NCBI RefSeq assembly: GCF_004765795.1
Contig: NZ_SBIV01000002.1
Coordinates: forward strand, 434,001 to 498,000
DNA length: 64,000 nucleotides
Direction of reading: 5' to 3'
From: Halorussus marinus
GTDB lineage: Archaea; Halobacteriota; Halobacteria; Halobacteriales; Haladaptataceae
Shown here one piece after another: positions 39,311 through 48,842 of this stretch (the stretch's first letter is position 1; each line of letters opens with the position of its first letter). The translations under genes were made by a program, and so were the position numbers. The notes beneath the pieces were generated by a model. It worked only from the letters and a program-made list of their open reading frames with translations. It did no database searches and was not told the DNA's origin.

Positions 39311-39997
39311 ATGAAGGCGACCGGCGGTAGCGACGAGGAGAAGCGCGCGGCGGGCGAGAGCGCCGCCGAGGCGGTCGAAGACGGGATGGTGGTCGGGCTC
39401 GGAACCGGCTCGACCGCGGCCCACGCGATCCGGGCGATCGGGCGAGCGGTCGACAGCGGACTCGACGTGCGGGGAGTCCCGACGTCGTTCCAGTCGCGCG
39501 AACTGGCCCGGGAGGTCGGGATCCCGCTGGCGTCGCTCGACGCGGTCGACGGCGTGGACCTCGCGATCGACGGCGCCGACCAGTTCTCGGGGCCCCACCT
39601 CGTGAAGGGCGGGGGCGCCGCCCACGCTCGCGAGAAGATCGTCGACGCGGCGGCCGACCGTCTGGTGGTGGTCGCGGACCCGAGCAAGGCCGCCGATCGA
39701 CTCGATCACCCGATCCCGCTCGAAGTGCTCCCGGACGCTCGCACGACCGCGACCGCGGCGGTGCGGGCGCTCGGGGGTGCGCCCGCGCTCCGGCGCGCCG
39801 AGCGCAAGGACGGGCCGGTCGTGACCGACAACGGCAACCTCGTGCTCGACTGCGAGTTCGGCGGCGTGGCGCGGCCGGCGGAGCTCGCGGCCGACCTCGC
39901 GGCGATCCCCGGCGCGGTCGAACACGGCCTGTTCGTGGGGATGGCCGACGAGGTCCACGTCGGTCGCGAGGACGGCGTCGACGTCAGACGCTTCTGA
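39311..39997 (+). CDS. rpiA: Ribose-5-phosphate isomerase A
   Basis: GLGTGST, DGAD, KGGGAAH.REK, TDNGN, VEHGLF. Confidence 0.97.
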   Translation: MKATGGSDEEKRAAGESAAEAVEDGMVVGLGTGSTAAHAIRAIGRAVDSGLDVRGVPTSFQSRELAREVGIPLASLDAVDGVDLAIDGADQFSGPHLVKGGGAAHAREKIVDAAADRLVVVADPSKAADRLDHPIPLEVLPDARTTATAAVRALGGAPALRRAERKDGPVVTDNGNLVLDCEFGGVARPAELAADLAAIPGAVEHGLFVGMADEVHVGREDGVDVRRF

Positions 39998-40087
39998 GCC
40001 GTGGTTTCGGTCGGCAGTCGCGTTCGAGACGAGAAGCCGGCGGCTCAGAAGTCGAGCGTTCGATAAAAGGGAACGGAATCGCCCGAG

Positions 40088-40255
40088 TTACAGGTCGCGC
40101 GGCTGGACGGTCTTTCGGTCGTTCGCCTCGGCGCGACGGGCCGACTCGTCGAGGAGTTCCTCGACGCGCTCGTCGAGCGCGTCGTAGAAGTCCGACGCCA
40201 CGTTCTTGTCGTCCAGTGCGTCCTTGACAGCGGCTTTGACGATGAGGTCTGCCAT
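40088..40255 (-). CDS. Small histone-fold protein (DUF1931 type, 55 aa)
   Basis: MADLIVKAAVKDAL...ARRAEANDRKTVQPRDL (histone RKTV motif). Confidence 0.92.
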   Translation of the reverse strand: MADLIVKAAVKDALDDKNVASDFYDALDERVEELLDESARRAEANDRKTVQPRDL

Positions 40256-40434
40256 ACGACCTTGGTTTTCCGCCCGCCAGTAATAAAGCTTCCCAAATAT
40301 TCGCATGAACGCCGCCAAGTGGCTCGGTTCGCGGATATCTCCGGCGATAGCCAAAACTTATAAATAGTATACGGTTGTTTTGCGCCGACCGCGAAGTCGC
40401 AGGGTAAGAGTACGTGGAGCCCCCAGCGTGGGGT

Positions 40435-41190
40435 ATGCGCGAACTCCTGGAGGCGGTGGCGGCCGGCGAGGTCAGCCCGGCGGACGCCGAGGCCCGACTC
40501 GCCGGCTACGCGACCGACGAAGCCGGGCGCTTCGACGCGGCCCGCGAGCGCCGCCGCGGCGTGCCCGAGGCCATCTTGGGCGACGGCAAGACCCCCGCCG
40601 AGGCGGCGTCGCTGGCCGCGACGGCGGTCGAAACCGCCGGGCGAGCGATCGTGACTCGGACCGACCCCGACCAGCGACGGGCGATCCGCGACCGACTCGG
40701 CGAGGCCCACCCCGACGCCGACGTGACGGTCCGCGACCGATCGGGCGTGGTGGTCGCCCACGGCCCGACCTTCGAGCCGCCGTCGCTGGACGCGACGGTC
40801 GGGATCGTCACCGCGGGGACGAGCGACGCGGTACCGGCGGGCGAGGCGGCGGCGATCGCCGCCGAGATGGGCGCGACCGTCGAGCGGATCGACGACGTGG
40901 GCGTGGCGGCGCTCACCCGGATCGTCGACCAGCTCGAAGCCCTCCGGGCGACCGACGCGCTCGTGGTCGCGGCGGGCCGCGAGGGCGCGCTCCCGACCGT
41001 GGTCGCCGGGCTGGTCGACACCCCGGTGATCGGCCTGCCGGTCTCGACGGGCTACGGCCACGGCGGCGAGGGGGAGGCCGCGCTCTCGGGGATGTTGCAG
41101 TCCTGCACCGTCCTATCGACCGTGAACGTCGACGCGGGGTTCGTCGCCGGCGCGCAGGCCGGTCTGATCGCTCGCGCCGTCGACAGGTAG
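40435..41190 (+). CDS. larB: Nickel-pincer cofactor biosynthesis protein LarB
   Basis: RRGVPEAILGDGK, TAGTSD, DVGVA, AGREGALP, PVSTGYG, MLQSC, VNVD. Confidence 0.93.
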   Translation: MRELLEAVAAGEVSPADAEARLAGYATDEAGRFDAARERRRGVPEAILGDGKTPAEAASLAATAVETAGRAIVTRTDPDQRRAIRDRLGEAHPDADVTVRDRSGVVVAHGPTFEPPSLDATVGIVTAGTSDAVPAGEAAAIAAEMGATVERIDDVGVAALTRIVDQLEALRATDALVVAAGREGALPTVVAGLVDTPVIGLPVSTGYGHGGEGEAALSGMLQSCTVLSTVNVDAGFVAGAQAGLIARAVDR

Positions 41191-41314
41191 GGCGACTCCG
41201 AGTATACGGAAAATATTCTTGCGGTTCGGGAAATTTGGGACAGATATTGGGAAGCACTTTTTACGATGGGGGACAAACGATCGAACGCTGGCAGTTACCC
41301 TGTCAGCTGTGAAC

Positions 41315-41470
41315 ATGCCTAAGTGTGACCACTGCAGTGCGCACGTCTCCGAGCGATTCGTTCGTGTGTTCGCCGACGCCGACGGTCAGGTCAGAGCCTG
41401 CCCCGACTGCTCGGCGAACGCCGGAATCGCGGAGGTCGCGCGCGAACGCGCCAGAGAGGCTCGAGTATAG
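41315..41470 (+). CDS. Small CPxCG-related zinc-finger protein (51 aa)
   Basis: MPKCDHC..HVSERFVRVF...ACPDC. Confidence 0.85.
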   Translation: MPKCDHCSAHVSERFVRVFADADGQVRACPDCSANAGIAEVARERAREARV

Positions 41471-41529
41471 CCCATCAAATCGGGCGGGAACCGAAGGGCA
41501 AAAGAACCACCACGCGAAGCCTGTCGGGC

Positions 41530-41784
41530 GTGACGGTCCACTGGGTCTACGTTATCGAGTGCGACGACGGGAGTTTCTATACTGGCTACACCACCGACGT
41601 CGAGCGTCGAGTCCGCGAACACGACCGGGGCGAGGGCGCGAAGTACACCCGCGGGCGCACGCCCGTCGAACTCGTCCACACCGAGGCGTTCGAGACGAAG
41701 TCGGCGGCGATGTCCCGCGAGTACGAGATCAAACAGCTCTCGCGACCCCGAAAAGAACGGCTGGTCGAGGGGCCGAGCGAGTGA
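41530..41784 (+). CDS. GIY-YIG nuclease family protein (UPF0213)
   Basis: VYVIECDDGSFYTGYTTDVERR..EH..G.GAKYTRGR. Confidence 0.93.
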   Translation: MTVHWVYVIECDDGSFYTGYTTDVERRVREHDRGEGAKYTRGRTPVELVHTEAFETKSAAMSREYEIKQLSRPRKERLVEGPSE

Positions 41785-41794
41785 GCGGGGCCCG

Positions 41795-42379
41795 TCAGTC
41801 GTCGCCGGCCGCGCCCTCGGCGTCGGCCTGTTCGGCGGTCACGACGGGGTCGATGAAGGCGTACTCGACCGCCTGCTCGCCGAGCGTCCGGACCCGGTCG
41901 GCGATGTCCTCGTCGACGATCTCGCCGTCCCGAATCTTGTCGCCGGCGTTCCGGATCCCGACCTGATGGGGCAAGACCCACGCGTGGACGCCGCGGGCGG
42001 TCACCCGCATGTGATCGAGCGTGCTCCCGAACGAGCCGCCGCCGGCCGCCACCAGCAGGCCGACGGTGGTGTCCTCGTACTCGTCCCACCCGCAGTAGTC
42101 GTGGACGTTCCTGAACGCCGCCGAGTACGAGCCGTGGTACACCGGGCTCCCCCACAGGACCGTGTCGGCGCCTCGGATGGCGCGCTTGAGGTCGGTCGCC
42201 GCGGACGGTTCGTCGGCGTCGGGATCGAACACCGGCAGGTCGTACTCCCGGACGTCGAGGAGTTCGGTCTCGGCCCCTCGGTCGGCGGCGACCGCGAGCG
42301 CGTGACGGAGGGCGACGCGGGTGTAACTGCCGTCGCGCATGCTTCCGGCGAGCGTGACGACGGTCGGCGTGGCGGTCAT
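41795..42379 (-). CDS. NADPH-dependent FMN reductase
   Basis: GSMRDGSYT and SPVYHGSYS flavodoxin-like motifs. Confidence 0.9.
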   Translation of the reverse strand: MTATPTVVTLAGSMRDGSYTRVALRHALAVAADRGAETELLDVREYDLPVFDPDADEPSAATDLKRAIRGADTVLWGSPVYHGSYSAAFRNVHDYCGWDEYEDTTVGLLVAAGGGSFGSTLDHMRVTARGVHAWVLPHQVGIRNAGDKIRDGEIVDEDIADRVRTLGEQAVEYAFIDPVVTAEQADAEGAAGDD

Positions 42380-42536
42380 ACTGGTCGGAATTACGGGAGC
42401 GATCGGTAAAGCGCTTTCCGGAACTCGGTTTTTGTACGGTCCGTGAGACGTTTCGGCGGGGCGGGGACCCCCGGCCGGACGGTGTGCGATCGACCCTCGC
42501 GGTGGTTTTTTCGGCGCGCGCACAGAGAGTCGGGGT

Positions 42537-43967
42537 ATGGAGACGCCGATTTCGTTCGGAACCGACGGCTGGCGAGCCACGCTGGACGAGTTCACCGCGC
42601 CCCGCGTCCGGATGGTCGGGCAGGCGGTCGCCGACTACCTCCGGGAGGTCGAGGACCGGGAGGGCGGGACGGTCGCGGTCGGCTACGACGCCCGCGAGAC
42701 CTCCCGAGGGTTCGCCGAGGAGCTGTGTCGGGTGCTGGCGGCCAACGGCTTCGACGCGCTGGTGCCCGAACGCGACTGCCCGACGCCGCTTGCGGTCTGG
42801 GCGATCGCCGACCGGGATCTGGCGGGCGCGCTGGTGGTCTCGGCGAGCCACAACCCCCCGAACTACAACGGCGTGAAGTTCTTCCCCCACGACGCGGCGC
42901 CAGCCCTCCCCGAGGTCACCGACGAGATCATGGCCCGGATCGGCGAGCCCCGCGCGCTCGAGGAGGCCGACCACGGCTCGGTCGAGGAGGTCGACTTCCT
43001 CGAACCGTACGCCGAACACGTCTTCGACCTCGTCGACCCCGACCTCGACGGGCTCACCGTAGTCTACGACGCGATGCACGGCTCGGGGCGAGGCTACACC
43101 GACGAACTCCTCGAACGCGCCGGCGCCGACGTCGAGCGCCTGCGGTGCGACCGGGACCCCGAGTTCGGCGACACCAACCCCGAGCCAAGCGCGGAGAACC
43201 TCCGGGGGCTCGTCGAGGCCGTCGAGGAGGGCGACGCCGATCTGGGCATCGCCAACGACGGCGACGCCGACCGCATCGCGCTCGTGACCCCCGAGCGGGG
43301 GTTTCTGGACGAGAACCTCTTTTTCGCGGCGACGTACGACTACCTGCTCGAAGACGCTTCCGCGAGCGAAAGCTCGTCGGGCGAGCGAAGCGAGTCCGAC
43401 GGTGACTCGGGGCCGGCCGTCCGGACGGTATCGACCACCTTCCTGATCGACCGGATCGCCGAGGCCCACGGCGAGGACGTGATCGAGACCGCGGTCGGCT
43501 ACAAGTGGGTCGCCGAGGCGATGGGCGACCACGACGCGCTGATCGGCGGCGAGGAGTCGGGCGGGTTCTCGATCCGGGGCCACAACCGCGAGAAAGACGG
43601 CGTGTTGATGGCGGTGCTCGCCGCGCAGGTCGAGTCCGAGCGCTCGTACGACGACCGGGTCGACGCCCTGCTCGATCAGTTCGGCGAGGTCCACCAGCAC
43701 AAGGTGAGCGTCGACTGCCCGGACGACCGGAAGGCCGACGTGCTCGTCGATCTCGAAGCCGCCCTCCCCGAGGAGGTCGCGGGCGAGCGCGTCGACGACG
43801 TCAACGCCACCGACGGCTTCAAGATCCTGCTCGAAGACGGCTCGTGGCTACTCGTCCGGCCGAGCGGCACCGAGCCCAAGATGCGGGTGTACGCCGAGGC
43901 CACAAGCGAGGCCCGGGTCGACGCCCTGCTGGAGGCCGGCCGGGAACTGGTCGAACCGCTGGTGTAG
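42537..43967 (+). CDS. Phosphoglucomutase/phosphomannomutase family phosphohexomutase
   Basis: FGTDGWR, ASHNP, DGDADR, GGEESG, RPSGTEP; carries a short Ser/Glu-rich insertion. Confidence 0.95.
   Translation: METPISFGTDGWRATLDEFTAPRVRMVGQAVADYLREVEDREGGTVAVGYDARETSRGFAEELCRVLAANGFDALVPERDCPTPLAVWAIADRDLAGALVVSASHNPPNYNGVKFFPHDAAPALPEVTDEIMARIGEPRALEEADHGSVEEVDFLEPYAEHVFDLVDPDLDGLTVVYDAMHGSGRGYTDELLERAGADVERLRCDRDPEFGDTNPEPSAENLRGLVEAVEEGDADLGIANDGDADRIALVTPERGFLDENLFFAATYDYLLEDASASESSSGERSESDGDSGPAVRTVSTTFLIDRIAEAHGEDVIETAVGYKWVAEAMGDHDALIGGEESGGFSIRGHNREKDGVLMAVLAAQVESERSYDDRVDALLDQFGEVHQHKVSVDCPDDRKADVLVDLEAALPEEVAGERVDDVNATDGFKILLEDGSWLLVRPSGTEPKMRVYAEATSEARVDALLEAGRELVEPLV
43356..43404. 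repeat. In-frame palindromic element inside the phosphohexomutase gene
   Basis: CGAGC-GAAA-GCTCG (43363-43376) and CGTCGGGC-gagcgaagcga-GTCCGACG (43375-43401); loop is the reverse complement of 2624-2634; boundaries approximate. Confidence 0.6.
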
Positions 43968-44012
43968 GGCGACCCGGCCCGGCCGGGATCTCGAAAGGCG
44001 CCGATCACGGAC

Positions 44013-45245
44013 TCACTCGGAGGTCTCGTACGTGACCGGGAGCGACTCGACGCCGTAGACCAGCGAGCTCCGGGTCGGCTGGAGTTCGGTGTCGGCGACC
44101 TCGACGGTCGACGTGCGGTCGAGGAGTTCTTCGATCGCGACCTTCGCCTCGAGGCGGGCGAGCGGCGCGCCCAGACAGTAGTGGGTCCCGTGGCCGAAGC
44201 CGAGGTGCTGGTTCGGCGTCCGGTCCGGGACGAACGCGTCGGCGTCGTCGAACTGGCGTTCGTCGCGGTTCGCCGACCCGAGCCACACGATGAGGCGATC
44301 GCCCGCCTCGATGGTCGAGCCCCGGATCGTCGCGTCCTCGGTCGCGACCCGGCTCATCGCCTGCACCGGCGATCGGTACCGCAACACCTCCTCGATCGCG
44401 GTCTGGACGCTCGCCTCGCCCCGGAGTTCCTCGAACAGGTCGTGGTCGCTGAAACACCGGACGGCGTTCGTGATGAGGTTCGTCGTGGTGATGTTGCCGG
44501 CGACGAGCAACAGGATACACGTCCCGAGCGCCTCCTCCTCGGAGAGCCGGGAGCCGTCCTCGAGCTCTCGGGTGACGATCTGGGTCATGAGGTCGTCGCG
44601 CGGCGACTCGCGGCGGTCCTCGATCATCTCGAAGAAGTAGCTCGCCATCTCCATCTGGGCGGCCCGCTGGCGCTCGTTGTACTCCTCGGTGTCCTCGTCG
44701 GCGCTCGTGGCCTCGACGAGGGTGTCCGACCAGCGCTTGAACCGATCGCGGTCCTCGGCCGGCACCCCGAGGAGTTCGGCGATGACGGTGACCGGGAGCG
44801 GGTACGCGAACGCGTCGACCAACTCCGTCGTCCCGTCCTCGCCCGCGAACGCCTCCCCGAGGAGGTCGATCGCGAACTCGCGGATCTTCGGTTCGAGGTC
44901 CGTGAGGGCTCGCGGTTCGAACGCGTCATCGACGATGCCCCGGAGTTCGTCGTGGCGCGGCGGGTCCTGAAACAGCATCGTCTCGAATATCAGCCCCTCC
45001 TCGGGGCGGTCGGGCTCTCGGAACCCGTCGGCCATCCTCGGGTTGACCGAGAACGTCTCGTCGTCGTCGAGGATCCGCTTGACGTCCTCGTACCGAAAGA
45101 CGTCCCAAGTGCGACGGTCGGAGTCGTACCGGACCGGCGCGTCCTCGCGCATCGTTCGGTACCAGTCGAACGGCTCGAGCCACGCCTCGCGTGATTCGAG
45201 CTCCTCGGGCAGTACCTGCAGGCCGCCGGGGTCGGCAGAACTCAT
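44013..45245 (-). CDS. Cytochrome P450
   Basis: DPPRH, LLVAGNITT, EEVLR (ExxR), SANRDE, FGHGTHYCLG heme Cys. Confidence 0.97.
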   Translation of the reverse strand: MSSADPGGLQVLPEELESREAWLEPFDWYRTMREDAPVRYDSDRRTWDVFRYEDVKRILDDDETFSVNPRMADGFREPDRPEEGLIFETMLFQDPPRHDELRGIVDDAFEPRALTDLEPKIREFAIDLLGEAFAGEDGTTELVDAFAYPLPVTVIAELLGVPAEDRDRFKRWSDTLVEATSADEDTEEYNERQRAAQMEMASYFFEMIEDRRESPRDDLMTQIVTRELEDGSRLSEEEALGTCILLLVAGNITTTNLITNAVRCFSDHDLFEELRGEASVQTAIEEVLRYRSPVQAMSRVATEDATIRGSTIEAGDRLIVWLGSANRDERQFDDADAFVPDRTPNQHLGFGHGTHYCLGAPLARLEAKVAIEELLDRTSTVEVADTELQPTRSSLVYGVESLPVTYETSE

Positions 45246-45364
45246 GGTCGGTGGACGCCAGAGAGAGCCAAAAGCGTTCGGGTGGCGGCGTCGAATCGCC
45301 AGACTGCGGTGTGGTCGCGCCCGTCCTCACGGTCGGCCCGCGCGTTCGCGGACAGTCGACGCCC

Positions 45365-46189
45365 TCAGAACCGCGCCGCGACTCGATCGAACGTCTCGAA
45401 CTCGACGCTCGGCGTCGCTCGTAGTTCGGCGACCAGCGATTCGAGGTATCGGAGCCGCGGAGGCTGGCCGACGACCTGCGGGTGGAACGTGAGCGAGAAC
45501 ACCCCGTCGTCGACGCGCTCGCACATCCACTCGAACTGCTCGCGCCACGCATCGAACACGCCGGGCTCGTCGGGCGCCGTCCGCCCGGAGGCGTCGGGGA
45601 CGTACTGGAGGGCGGGCCAGTCGTCGCGGTGCCACGACACCGGGAGTTCGAGGATCTCGGTCTCGGTGCCGGGATCGTACGCGCCGTCGGTCGGGGCCTC
45701 CCGGCCCGTCCGGAGGTAGTACGGCCGGAAGTCGTGGCCCATCTGGCTCGAATCCCACTCGAAGCCCAGTTCCCGGAGCACGTCGAGAGTGTGGGCCGAG
45801 AAGTCCCACGCGGGCGAGCGGTAGCCGGTCGGGGTCTCGCCGATCGCGTCCTCGATGCTCTCGATGCCCCGGACGACGTCGGCGCGCTCGGCCGCCCGGC
45901 TCTCGAACGAGCCGGGGTGCCTGTGGCTCCAGCCGTGGTGCTGGACGTCGTGGCCGCGCTCGTGGACCTCTTTGACGCGCTCGGGGAAGCTGTCGACCGT
46001 GTGGCCGGGGGTAAAGAACGTCGCCGGGACCCCGAGCCGGTCGAGACAGTCGAGGAGTCGAGGGACCGCGACCTCCGCGCCGTACTCGCCCCGAGAGAGC
46101 GTCGTCGGGCTGTCGGCCGCGCCGTAGGCGTGGATCCAGATCGAGACCGCGTCGAAGTCGAACCCGAGACAGACGGTCGGACCGCTCAT
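45365..46189 (-). CDS. Polysaccharide deacetylase family protein (PuuE/PgdA-like)
   Basis: FDFD, SRGEYG, ATFFTPG, HGWSH, GYRSP, WDSS, TFHPQV.G. Confidence 0.9.
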   Translation of the reverse strand: MSGPTVCLGFDFDAVSIWIHAYGAADSPTTLSRGEYGAEVAVPRLLDCLDRLGVPATFFTPGHTVDSFPERVKEVHERGHDVQHHGWSHRHPGSFESRAAERADVVRGIESIEDAIGETPTGYRSPAWDFSAHTLDVLRELGFEWDSSQMGHDFRPYYLRTGREAPTDGAYDPGTETEILELPVSWHRDDWPALQYVPDASGRTAPDEPGVFDAWREQFEWMCERVDDGVFSLTFHPQVVGQPPRLRYLESLVAELRATPSVEFETFDRVAARF

Positions 46190-46213
46190 GGGTCGAACTC
46201 TCCTCGCCGAACG

Positions 46214-46663
46214 TTAACGTTTGGGATGGCTCCCGCAGTCGGGCGGCCACACTCCCCGGAGCCGCCCGTCTCCGGCGGGCGAGACGTCGAATCCGAGCGA
46301 CTCGTAGAAGGGGCGCACGTCGGGATCGAACGCCGCGACGAGCCGCGAGCGGTCCGCGGCCGCCGCCCGAACGAGCGCGGTGCCGACGCCCCGCGCCCGA
46401 CGAGCGCGCCGGACCGCGACCGCGTCGATGCGCGCGCCCGACTCGATCGGAACCGCGACCAGCGCCCCGACCACGGGGCCGTCGGCGTCTCGCGAGTCGG
46501 CCGACGAGTCGCCGGGGTCGGGGCCCGACCCGACCGCGACCAGCACGTCGCCCGCCTCGATCCGCTCGGGGAGATCCGCCCGAACGTCGAGCATCGCGGC
46601 GTCGAGGACCCGACGCACCCCGAGTCCGTCGTCGGGCGTCGCCGCCCGGACCGCGACGCTCAT
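46214..46663 (-). CDS. GNAT family N-acetyltransferase
   Basis: AVAVRRARRARGVGTALV and FYESLGF; overlaps the SAMP2 gene stop. Confidence 0.88.
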   Translation of the reverse strand: MSVAVRAATPDDGLGVRRVLDAAMLDVRADLPERIEAGDVLVAVGSGPDPGDSSADSRDADGPVVGALVAVPIESGARIDAVAVRRARRARGVGTALVRAAAADRSRLVAAFDPDVRPFYESLGFDVSPAGDGRLRGVWPPDCGSHPKR

Positions 46664-47514
46664 TCGGCGTCGGCGAGCAGGCGGTCGACCATCGCCAGCA
46701 CGTCCTCGACGGCGGGACGGTCGCTCGGCCCGTCACCCCGGTGGATCGCGTACAGCTCCGGGTCGGCGCGCGTGTCCAGAATCACGACCTGCGGGAGCCG
46801 ACCGAGGAGGTCGTGGAGCCCGCCGAGCCGGCCGAACCGGGTCGGCTGGCCGTACTGCTCGGCCACCCGCTTGTCGGCGTCGGCGACGAGCGCGAACGGG
46901 AGGTGGAGCCGGCGTTGCCACGTCTCGGCGCGGGCTTTCGGCTCGGGGACCACCGCCACCGCCGCGGCCCGACGAGCCCGGAACTCGCCGTAGCGGTCCG
47001 CGACCGCCCGGAGCTGTTCGCGACACGTTCGGCTGTGGTAGTCCCGCTGGAAGAACAGGACGACGGCGTCGTTGTGCGGCGTCGTCGGGCGCCGGGGGAT
47101 CGGCCGGCCGACGCCGTTGGTCGGGTCGGCCGCCAGCGTCGAGAGCGCGAGCGGGTCGGGGCCGACCCCGGCGTTCGGGAGTTCGAAGTCGAGGGCCGAG
47201 ACCCCGAACGCCGAGAGTCCGTCCGGGCCTTCGCGCGCGTCGAGGCCGGTCCGGTTCGGGGCGCCGTCGGGGGCCGAGCCGTCAACCTCGGCGTCGACGG
47301 TCCCGACTCCGTCGGCGCTCCCGCCCTTGATGAGTCGCAGGACTCTGACGTGGTCGGTCTCGACCGGCTGGTCTTCGGGCACCGGGCGGCCGTCGACCAT
47401 CACCGACACCTCGTGGGGGCTCAGGCCCACCGCGTCGAGCAGGTCGGCGTAGGTCGCGTCCTGAACTTCGAGGTCGTGGCTGTCCTCGCCGACGACCTCG
47501 ACGGTGACGTGCAT
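46660..47514 (-). CDS. samp2: Ubiquitin-like SAMP2 fused to an AhpC/TSA (redoxin)-like domain
   Basis: Residues 1-65 are SAMP2-like (TYADLL...DGRPVPED...LRLIKGG); reading continues through a linker to DFELPN...QRDYHSRTCREQ...PFALVAD. Confidence 0.85.
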   Translation of the reverse strand: MHVTVEVVGEDSHDLEVQDATYADLLDAVGLSPHEVSVMVDGRPVPEDQPVETDHVRVLRLIKGGSADGVGTVDAEVDGSAPDGAPNRTGLDAREGPDGLSAFGVSALDFELPNAGVGPDPLALSTLAADPTNGVGRPIPRRPTTPHNDAVVLFFQRDYHSRTCREQLRAVADRYGEFRARRAAAVAVVPEPKARAETWQRRLHLPFALVADADKRVAEQYGQPTRFGRLGGLHDLLGRLPQVVILDTRADPELYAIHRGDGPSDRPAVEDVLAMVDRLLADAE

Positions 47515-47579
47515 GCCACAGGATTGCTCGCGGCGGGTGGTAAGCGTGTCGGGCTACGCGCTCGCGGGAGGGCGTCGGA

Positions 47580-48641
47580 CTACGAGGCGCCCGTCCCGAC
47601 GGCCGAGCCGCGACCGGCCGGCCGGTTCCGATTCTGGTACCGGTCCCAGATCGCGAGCGCGAGCGCCCCGAGTCCGAGCAGGACGACGACGAACTGCACC
47701 AGCCCGCTGACGACCGGCACGAAGTCCGCGATCGAGACGACGAGCACCCCGACCGCGAGCGCGAGCCATCGGTTGTCGACGTCGGCGATCGCGAGTAGCC
47801 ACGTCCCGATCGAGAACGAGCCGTACACCAGCCCGGTCCAGATCGCGAGGCCGTAGACGACCGCGCCGAACAGCGACAGCGGGATCCCGACCAGCGTGAT
47901 CGCGAACACCACCAGCAAGACCGGCACCCCGACGAACAGCGCGAGCCCGACCCCGGCCGACCGGAGCGGGCGCTCGATCGCCCGGCCGGCGACCGCGCCC
48001 GAGAACCGCGGGAACACCAACAGCAACACCGCCCCGAGCAGGAGGTTGACCAGCAGGCCGTACGCCCAGCCGAGCCAGCCGGGGAAGCTCGGACCGGTGA
48101 TGCCGACGTCGAGGTCGTCGGTCTGGCGGACCTGCCCGTCGACGGTCGCACCGTCGGCGAGATCGAGCTGGCCGCTGTACTCTAGGTCGCCGCCGATCGC
48201 CGCGCTCGGCCGGACGGTCACGGTCCCGCCGCCGAGTCGGGCGTCCGAGCCGACCTCGCCTTCGAGCACGACGTTGCCCGCCCCGGCGTCGAGCTGGCCC
48301 CCGACCCGGCCGCTCTGGGCGAGAAAGACGTTGCCGCCGGCCGCGCTGGCGTCGCCCTCGACGGTGCCGTTGATCCGGACGTTGCCGGCGAACGCCTCCA
48401 GATCGCCGGTCACGGTGCCGTCGACGAACACGTTGCCCGCGAACGCCGTGAGGTCGCCGTCGACCGTCCCCCGGACCACGACCGTGCCGGCGAACGCCGT
48501 CAGATCCTCGTCGACCGTCTCGTCGGCGTCGACGACGACGGTGCCCCCCGACCGCGTCTCCTCGGCCGCGACCGGCGCGGGCACGGCCGCCAGCGTCACC
48601 ACCACCGCGAGCGCGATCGCGAGCGCGAACCGTCGTTCCAT
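47580..48641 (-). CDS. Bactofilin-like (polymer-forming beta-helix) membrane protein
   Basis: Signal peptide, repeated GTVDGDLTAFAGNV units, C-terminal multi-TM domain. Confidence 0.88.
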   Translation of the reverse strand: MERRFALAIALAVVVTLAAVPAPVAAEETRSGGTVVVDADETVDEDLTAFAGTVVVRGTVDGDLTAFAGNVFVDGTVTGDLEAFAGNVRINGTVEGDASAAGGNVFLAQSGRVGGQLDAGAGNVVLEGEVGSDARLGGGTVTVRPSAAIGGDLEYSGQLDLADGATVDGQVRQTDDLDVGITGPSFPGWLGWAYGLLVNLLLGAVLLLVFPRFSGAVAGRAIERPLRSAGVGLALFVGVPVLLVVFAITLVGIPLSLFGAVVYGLAIWTGLVYGSFSIGTWLLAIADVDNRWLALAVGVLVVSIADFVPVVSGLVQFVVVLLGLGALALAIWDRYQNRNRPAGRGSAVGTGAS

Positions 48642-48842
48642 GTCGGAGCACTCACCCGTCAGGTAAATAGTAATTTCCCCGTTGTGAACGAGCCACACGG
48701 TTAAGCCCGACTTACGCCGCGCCGGCCCGTCCCGCCCCGGGGCGTAACCGTCGTTTCGGCGCCCGACGGCGCCGAGCCGCCGTCGGGGCCGCGTGCGGGG
48801 CACCTCGCGGGCTTTAAGACCGGCAAGCCCCTCGGGACACAC

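Noticed and set aside
41530..41784. GIY-YIG gene as a homing endonuclease or mobile element
   Set aside because: 84-aa stand-alone UPF0213-type protein with no DNA-binding extension, intron or flanking repeats.
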